Shown: positions 57,162 to 64,000 of the stretch, piece by piece
How the letters are laid out: each line of letters begins with the position of its first letter
Position numbering within the stretch: the first letter of the stretch is position 1
Assembly: GCA_965240325.2 (NCBI GenBank)
Contig: OZ251229.1
Location: 1,674,001 to 1,738,000, forward strand
Origin: Rebecca billardiae RCC1528
Lineage: Eukaryota; Protista; Haptophyta
Direction: 5' to 3'
Length of the DNA stretch: 64,000 bases
Position numbers and translations under genes: made by a program
The notes under the pieces: generated by a model
The model's input: only the letters and a program-made list of their open reading frames with translations
Database searches by the model: none
What the model was told of the DNA's origin: nothing

Positions 57162-60100
57162 CTAGTAAATGGCGCACAGGCCGAAGAGCCGTCCGATGGG
57201 CGAGATGACGTACTCGGTGATCATGTCCTGCGCCTCCTCCGGCAGGCACGCGAGCGCAAACTTGGCGAGGGGCGACGCGAACGCCACCGCCGGCTCCATG
57301 ACGAGCAGCTTGAGCAGCTGCGCGTTCACGAGCGTCAGGGCGAGCGGGCCCGTCCACATGTCCAGGTCCTGCAGGATCGGGTTGGTGAGCGAGTACAGGA
57401 TGATCACGAAGTACATGCCGAGGCCGAGGAGGGCGTGCACGCTCCACGCGAGCAGCACCTTCCACCGCCGCGGCAGCGACCACCACAGCTGCGCGATCTT
57501 GAGCGACTTCTCGTCGATGCGCGCGTACGCCTCCACGTCGGAGAGCTGCTCGGACGCCGCCTGGCGCCGGCGCGCGGGCGAGCGCGGCGCCGGCGCCGGC
57601 GCCGGCGTCGGCACCGGCGCGGGCGCGGGCGCGGGCGCGGGCGGCTCGTGGCCGGGCACGAGCGGCGACGGCCCCCAGATGTTCTCCGAGCCGCCCGCCG
57701 CCGAGCCGCCGCCCTCCTCCCGCTTCGCCGGCGTCGTCGGCGCGGACGCGGCGCGCGCCGGCGCCAAGGCCTCGGGCACGAGCCCGGGCGCGCGCTCGAA
57801 CGCGGCGAGCAGCTGCGCGCGCGCCACGTCCGGCTCGCAGAAGAGGTCGGCGGTGGTGATGCGCCGGCCGTCGACGAACGGCGAGCCGAACGGCACGGCG
57901 TGCACCATCGCGCTGCGCTTCTTCGCGAGCCGCGCGGCCGCCTTGGGCTTGAGGTGGTAGTAGCGCGAGGCCACCTGGTCGGCGGGCGCGTCGGCCGCCT
58001 GGTAGACGAGCCGTGCCTGCACGAAGCGCAGGTCTGGCACGTGCTCCGGCCTGAACTCGGCGCGCTCGACGCTGAGGCCCGCGTGCGCGTCCGCGTGCGC
58101 GTCCTCCTCCTCCTGCTTGGTCCCCGGCACGATGGCGTCCATCATGCGGTGGAATGGGCTCGCCTTGCGCTTCTGCAGCGCGGCGCGGCGCTCGACAAAG
58201 CGGCGGCGCGCGAGCTCGGTCGCGTCCGCCACGCCCACGTGCACGAAGAAGCCGACCATCTCGCCGCGGCGCGTGTGCACCGCCATCAGCGCCTTGGCGG
58301 GCATCCGGATCGAGTCGCGCGCGCCCGTGCCCTCGTCCTGCTCGCCGGCGCGCGGCGCGATTCCCACCTTGGACGGGCAGACGTACAGCAGCTTGTGCGC
58401 GCTCGAGAGCAGCGCGAGCGGCACGCTGCTGCCGTCGTCCCTCAGCGCCGCCATGTGCTTCGTGCCGGCGGGCGCGGCGTAGGACGGGCCGGACGAGTCG
58501 GAGAAGAGGTCGGAGCGCGACGAGTCGGCGCGCGAGTCGGAGCGCGTGCTCAGCCGAGTGGGCGTGCGCGCCGGCGGCTCGTGCAGCCGCGCGGCGGACG
58601 ACGACACCTCGTCCGAGCCCTCGTCGGCGATCAGGTCGTGCCAGCCCTGGGGCAGGCCGAGCTGCGACGCGCGCCGCTCGCGCGCGGCGCGCACGGCCTC
58701 GGGCGACGAGAGCTCGTCGTCGTCGTCAGAGTCGTCGCGCGCGGGCCTCGCGGGCGCGCGGCCGGAGGCGAGGGCGGCCTGCGCGCGCGCGTGCGCCACG
58801 AATGAGCCGAGCTTGCTCGCCCCGAGCCGCGGCGCCGAGCGAGGCGGGCTCGGCGGCGGCGATTCGGGCAACGGGCTGATCGGCGCCGACACGTTCACGT
58901 GCGGCAGCGAGTTGCTGCGCAGCCCCGACAGCGGCGGCGGCCGCGAGGCGCTGCGCGTGTCGGTCCGCGGCGCGGCGTCGTCGTCCGCGTCGGGCGCCGG
59001 CGGCACGGGCACGCTCAGCTTGAGCTCGCGCTCCGCGAGGCCGAGGCGGCAGGGCAGCACGCACGCACAGCAGCCGCAGAAGCGGCGCCACAGCGTCTGC
59101 TGCCTGAGCTCTCGGCCGTACTTCTTGATGAGCTTCGCCTTGAGCCGGTGCAGCGGGCGCCGCCGGTTCGCCCAGCGGAAGAGGAAGTGGATGGCGAACT
59201 CGAAGGGCACGCCCGCCGCGATCGAGACCGCGGCGAGCGTGAGCACCTGGTGCGCGAGCGAGTTGTCCTGCCCGATGAAGGCGAGGATCAGCAGCAGCTC
59301 GGCGAGCAGCGTGTTGTACAGCACCGTCACGCGCTGCCGCGACGTGTCCAGCTCGCCCGGCAGCCGCGTGAGCCACCACGAGACCGTCGAGCGCGCGAGC
59401 AGCGCGGCGAGCAGCGCGTAGCACAGCCCGGCGTCCTCCTTGCGCTTCCACAGCGGCACGGACGGCTCGCGCTCGACGTGGCGGTCGTGCCGGTGCGCGC
59501 AGTAGTAGAGGCAGCCGTACACGAGCAGCAGCACCAGCAGCACCACCAGCGCGGTGTAGCTGAAGCCGACGCTGTTGAGCGAGATCTGGTTCACGTTGAG
59601 CGGCGGGTCGGACGAGCCCGCCTCGGGCTCCTCGGCGAGCGCGGCGGCCGCCTCGTACACGGCGATGAAGTCGGTGAGGTGCGTGCACTCGCACTCGACC
59701 ACCGAGTCGAGCGGGTCGCCCACGTCGACGCAGCCCGCGCCGTCCCACGCCGCGCCGCCCCAGAAGCGGCAGCTGAAGCCGTCCTGGTCGCCGCCCGGCA
59801 GCCGCGCGGCGTCGACCGGCAGCGCGATGCCCACCACCGGCGCGCCCTCGCCCGGCCGCGTGTGCTGCGTGAAGTCCAGCTTGAGCGGCGCGCCGTTGAG
59901 CCACACGGTCACGCTCGTGAGCGTGTCCGCGAGCTCAAAGCCGTCGAGCGGCGCGAACGCGCGGTAGTTCTTCTCCCACAGCACGACGGCGATGTGCAGC
60001 GAGCGGATCTCGGACGCGTTGGTCACGTTGAGCAGCCCGCGGCCCAGCATGAACTCGAGCGTGGGCACGGGGATGGTGAACGTGGCGATGGCGGTGTCGT

Positions 60101-60785
60101 CCGCGACCGGGACCGCGGGCGAGTCCACCACCAGGTCGCTCAGCCCGAACGTCGACGGGTCGACCCCGTGCAGCGCAAAGGCCGCGGTGCCGTACACCGT
60201 GTCCAGCGTCGTGGAGAACGTCTCGCCCGGCGCGAGCGAGCCCAGCCGGCTCGCGATGAAGTCCTCCACCGCCTCGTTGATCCGGTCGGCGCGGTAGCTC
60301 GCCTCACCGTACGTCTCGTCCGCACCGGCGGGGCCGCCGCCCACGCCGCCGAGCAGCCCGCTAGCGGAGCCGGAGCCCGGCTCGTCCGGCAGCACGCCGA
60401 GGTTGAGGAGCTCCTGCACAGCCTGGGCGATCCAGTCGGCCGGAGGCGGCGGCGAGGGCGGCGGCGAGGGGCCGCCGCCGCCGCCGCTGCCGCCGTCACC
60501 GTCAGGCAGCGGCGGCGGCGAAGGCGGCGGCGCGGGCCCGCCGGAGCCGCCGCCGCCTGACGGTGATGGCGGCGGTGACGGCGGCGGTGACGGCGGCGGT
60601 GACGGCGGCGGCGGTGGCGGCGGCGGGCTCGGCGGCGGGCTCGGCGGCGGAGACGGCGGCGGCGGCGGTGGCGGGCTCGGCGGTGGCGGGCTCGGCGGCG
60701 GAGCCGGCGGCGGAGAGGGCGGCGGCGGTGGCGGCGGGCTCGGCGGCGGCGGGCTCGGCGGCGGAGACGGCGGCGGCGAGGGCGG

Positions 60786-60818
<33 letters not shown>

Positions 60819-61113
60819 CGGCGGCGGAGACGGCGGCGGCGAGGGCGGCGGCGAGGGCGGCGGCGCAGGCGCGCCGGGGCCTCCGCCGCTACCTCCTGAC
60901 GGCGACGGCGGCAGGGACGACGGCGGCGGTGGCGGTGGGCTCTTCGGAGGCGGGCTCGGCGGCGGAGACGGCGGCGGCGAGGGTGGCGGCGGTGGTGGCG
61001 GGCTCGGCGGCGGCGGGCTCGGCGGCGGAGCCGGCGGCGGAGAGGGCGGGGGCGGTGGCGGCGGGCTCGGCGGTGGCGGGCTCGGCGGCGGAGCCGGCGG
61101 CGGAGAGGGCGGT

Positions 61114-61145
<32 letters not shown>

Positions 61146-61176
61146 CGGCGGCGGGCTCGGCGGCGGAGAGGGCGGT

Positions 61177-61208
<32 letters not shown>

Positions 61209-64000
61209 CGGCGGCGGGCTCGGCGGCGGAGAGGGCGGTGGCGGTGGAGGCGGGCTCGGCGGCGGCGGGCTCGGCGGCGGAGCCGGCGGCGGCGAGGGCG
61301 GCGGCGGCGGCGGTGGGCTCGGCGGCGGCGGGCTTGGCGGCGGAGCCGGCGGCGGCGAGGGCGGCGGCGGCGGCGGTGGGCGCGGTGGCGGAGGCGGTGG
61401 TGATGGGCTCGGCGGAGGAGGCGGAGGCGACGGCGGCGGAGACGGCGAAGCGTTGGGTGGCGGCGACGGGCTGGGTGGCGGTGGCGGTGGCGACGGTGGC
61501 GGCGACGGGCCGGGCGGCGGTGGGCTGCTGGGCGGAGGCGGCTGCGCCGGCAGTGGCGACGGCGACGGCGGAGGCGGCGGCGACGGGCTAGGTGGCGGTG
61601 GTGGAGGCGACGGTGGCGGCGACGGGCCGGGCGGCGGCGGGCTACTGGGCGGCGGCGATGGCGGTGGCGGCGGCGGCGAGCTCGGTGGTGGGCTGGGTGG
61701 CGGAGGCGGCGGAGAGCTCGGTGGTGGGCTGGGTGGCGGAGGCGGCGGCGAGCTCGGTGGTGGGCTGGGTGGCGGAGGCGGTGGCGAGCTCGGTGGTGGG
61801 CTGGGTGGCGGAGGCGGCGGAGAGCTCGGTGGTGGGCTCGGCGGAGGGGGCGGTGGTGAGCGTGGTGGGGGCGAAGGCGGCGGAGGCGGCGGAGAGCTCG
61901 GTGGTGGGCTGGGTGGCGGAGGCGGCGGAGAGCTCTGTGGTGGGCTGGGTGGCGGAGGTGGCGGCGAGCTCGGTGGTGGGCTGGGTGGCGGAGGCGGCGG
62001 AGAGCTCTGTGGTGGGCTGGGTGGCGGAGGCGGCGGAGAGCTCGGTGGTGGGCTGGGTGGCGGAGGCGGCGGCGAGCTCGGTGGTGGGCTGGGTGGCGGA
62101 GGCGGCGGCGAGCTCGGTGGTGGGCTGGGTGGCGGAGGTGGCGGCGAGCTCGGTGGTGGGCTGGGTGGCGGAGGCGGCGGCGAGCTCGGTGGTGGGCAGG
62201 GTGGCGGAGGCGGCGGCGAGCTCGGTGGTGGGCTGGGTGGCGGAGGCGGCGGAGAGCTCGGTGGTGGGCTGGGTGGCGGAGGCGGCGGCGAGCTCGGTGG
62301 TGGGCTGGGTGGCGGAGGCGGCGGAGAGCTCGGTGGTGGGCTGGGTGGCGGAGGCGGCGGCGAGATCGGTGGTGGGCTGGGTGGCGGAGGCGGCGGCGAG
62401 CTCGGTGGTGGGCTGGGTGGCGGAGGCGGCGGCGAGCTCGGTGGTGGGCTGGGTGGCGGAGGCGGCGGCGAGCTCGGTGGTGGGCTGGGTGGCAGAGGCG
62501 GCGGCGAGCTCGGTGGTGGGCTGGGTGGCGGAGGCGGAGGCGAGCTCGGTGGTGGGCTGGGTGGCGGAGGCGGTGGCGAGCTCGGTGGTGGGCTGGGTGG
62601 CGGAGGCGGCGGAGAGCTCGGTGGTGGGCTCGGCGGAGGGGGCGGTGGTGAGTGTGGTGGGGGCGAAGGCGGCGGAGGCGGCGGAGAGCTCGGTGGTGGG
62701 CTGGGTGGCGGAGGCGGAGGCGAGCTCGGTGGTGGGCTGGGTGGCGGAGGTGGCGGCGAGCTCGGTGGTGGGCTGGGTGGCGGAGGCGGCGGCGAGCTCG
62801 GTGGTGGGCTGGGTGGCGGAGGCGGCGGCGAGCTCGGTGGTGGGCTGGGTGGCGGAGGCGGCGGAGAGCTCGGTGGTGGGCTGGGTGGCGGAGGCGGCGG
62901 AGAGCTCGGTGGTGGGCTCGGCGGAGGGGGCGGTGGTGAGCGCGGTGGGGGCGAAGGCGGCGGAGGCGGCGGCGAACTCGGCGGTCGGCTGGGCAAAGGC
63001 GGAGGCGACGGCGAAGCGTTGGGCGGCGGCGATGGTGAAGGTGGCGGCGGTGGTGGCGACGGTGGGGGTGCCGGCTCGGGTGGCGATGGCGACGGTGGAG
63101 GCGGCGGCGACGGGCTGGGCGGCGGTGGCGGAGGCGATGGCGGAGGCGACGGCGAAGCGTTGGGCGGCGGCGATGGTGAAGGTGGCGGCGGTGGTGGCGA
63201 CGGTGGCGGCGCAGGCTCGGGTGGCGACGGCGATGGCGGTGGAGGCGGCGACGGGCTCGGCGGCGGCGGCGGAGGCGATGGCGGAGGCGACGGCGAAGCG
63301 TTGGGCGGCGGCGATGGTGAAGGTGGCGGCGGTGGTGGCGACGGTGGCGGCGCCGGCTCGGGTGGCGACGGCGATGGCGGTGGAGGCGGCGATGGGCTCG
63401 GCGGCGGTGGCGGAGGCGACGGTGGCGGCGCAGGCTCGGGTGGCGACGGCGATGGCGGTGGAGGCGGCGACGGGCTGGGCGGCGGCGGCGGAGGCGATGG
63501 CGGAGGCGACGGCGAAGCGTTGGGCGGCGGCGATGGTGAAGGCGGCGGCGGTGGTGGCGACGGTGGCGGCGAAGGCTCGGGTGGCGACGGCGATGGCGGT
63601 GGAGGCGGCGACGGGCTCGGCGGCGGCGGCGGAGGCGATGGCGGAGGCGACGGCGAAGCGTTGGGCGGCGGCGATGGTGAAGGCGGCGGCGGTGGTGGCG
63701 ACGGTGGGGGCGCCGGCTCGGATGGCGATGGCGACGGTGGAGGCGGCGGCGATGGGCTGGGCGGCGGTGGCGGTGGCGAAGGCGGAGGCGACGGCGAAGC
63801 GTTGGGCGGCGGCGATGGTGAAGGCGGCGGCGGTGGTGGCGACGGTGGCGGCGCCGGCTCGGGTGGCGACGGCGATGGCGGTGGAGGCGGCGATGGGCTC
63901 GGCGGCGGTGGCGGAGGCGACGGTGGCGGCGCAGGCTCGGGTGGTGACGGCGATGGCGGTGGAGGCGGCGACGGGCTCGGCGGCGGCGGCGGAGGCGATG
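57162..64000 (-). CDS. Very large cell-surface protein: extensin-like Ser-Pro(n) stalk, GAIN/GPS autoproteolysis domain, polycystin-1 (PKD1)-like TM region; 5' end beyond the window
   Basis: GPS CRFWGGAAWDGAGC...VECECTHLTDF, followed by a TM span and the PKD1-like SRQRVTVLYNTLL segment, then more TMs. The frame appears open from 62996 to 64000 as Pro/Ser repeats; the ORF-track start is only a TTG. Confidence 0.88.
60440..64000 (-). repeat. Coding proline-rich tandem repeats: 39-bp SPPPSSPPPPPP-type units at ~61670-62980, and longer PNASP/PEPAP units beyond 63000
   Basis: GAGCTCGGTGGTGGGCTGGGTGGCGGAGGCGGCGGC recurs every 39 bp; GACGGCGAAGCGTTGGGCGGC recurs every ~120-220 bp. Confidence 0.97.

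Noticed and set aside
1-64000. tRNA, rRNA or telomeric repeat tracts
   Set aside because: None recognised. CCTAAC words occur only inside larger repeat units.

Overview
GC-rich eukaryotic nuclear DNA, not prokaryotic. Genes carry short (104-192 nt), GC-rich GT-AG introns and are separated by spacers full of repeats and transposon remnants. The style fits a high-GC microalga such as a pavlovalean haptophyte (inference only). Eleven protein genes can be supported: a Zn2Cys6 transcription factor (runs off the left edge), a 4x cNMP-binding protein, a Cys-rich multi-TM receptor fused to tandem XopQ/HopQ1-like nucleoside hydrolase domains, a PA-domain/7TM receptor with a C-terminal HET/TIR-like domain, a P-loop kinase, an FMN-binding glutamate-synthase-family protein, a TylF-like methyltransferase, a Pumilio-like repeat protein, a membrane-anchored DUF2252-like pseudokinase, a VWD protein with ten 6-Cys repeats, and a very large Ser-Pro-stalk GPS/polycystin-1-like protein (runs off the right edge). 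The non-coding DNA contains two non-autonomous Helentron/Helitron2-type elements with shared ends but different cargo, nested MITEs, a hAT-like relic and three tandem-repeat arrays. One Helentron-type element holds a 2.3-kb branched foldback. The most notable candidates are the two receptor-enzyme fusions, which lie close to a cNMP-binding protein and a small-molecule kinase. All family calls come from reading motifs by eye; no database searches were run.
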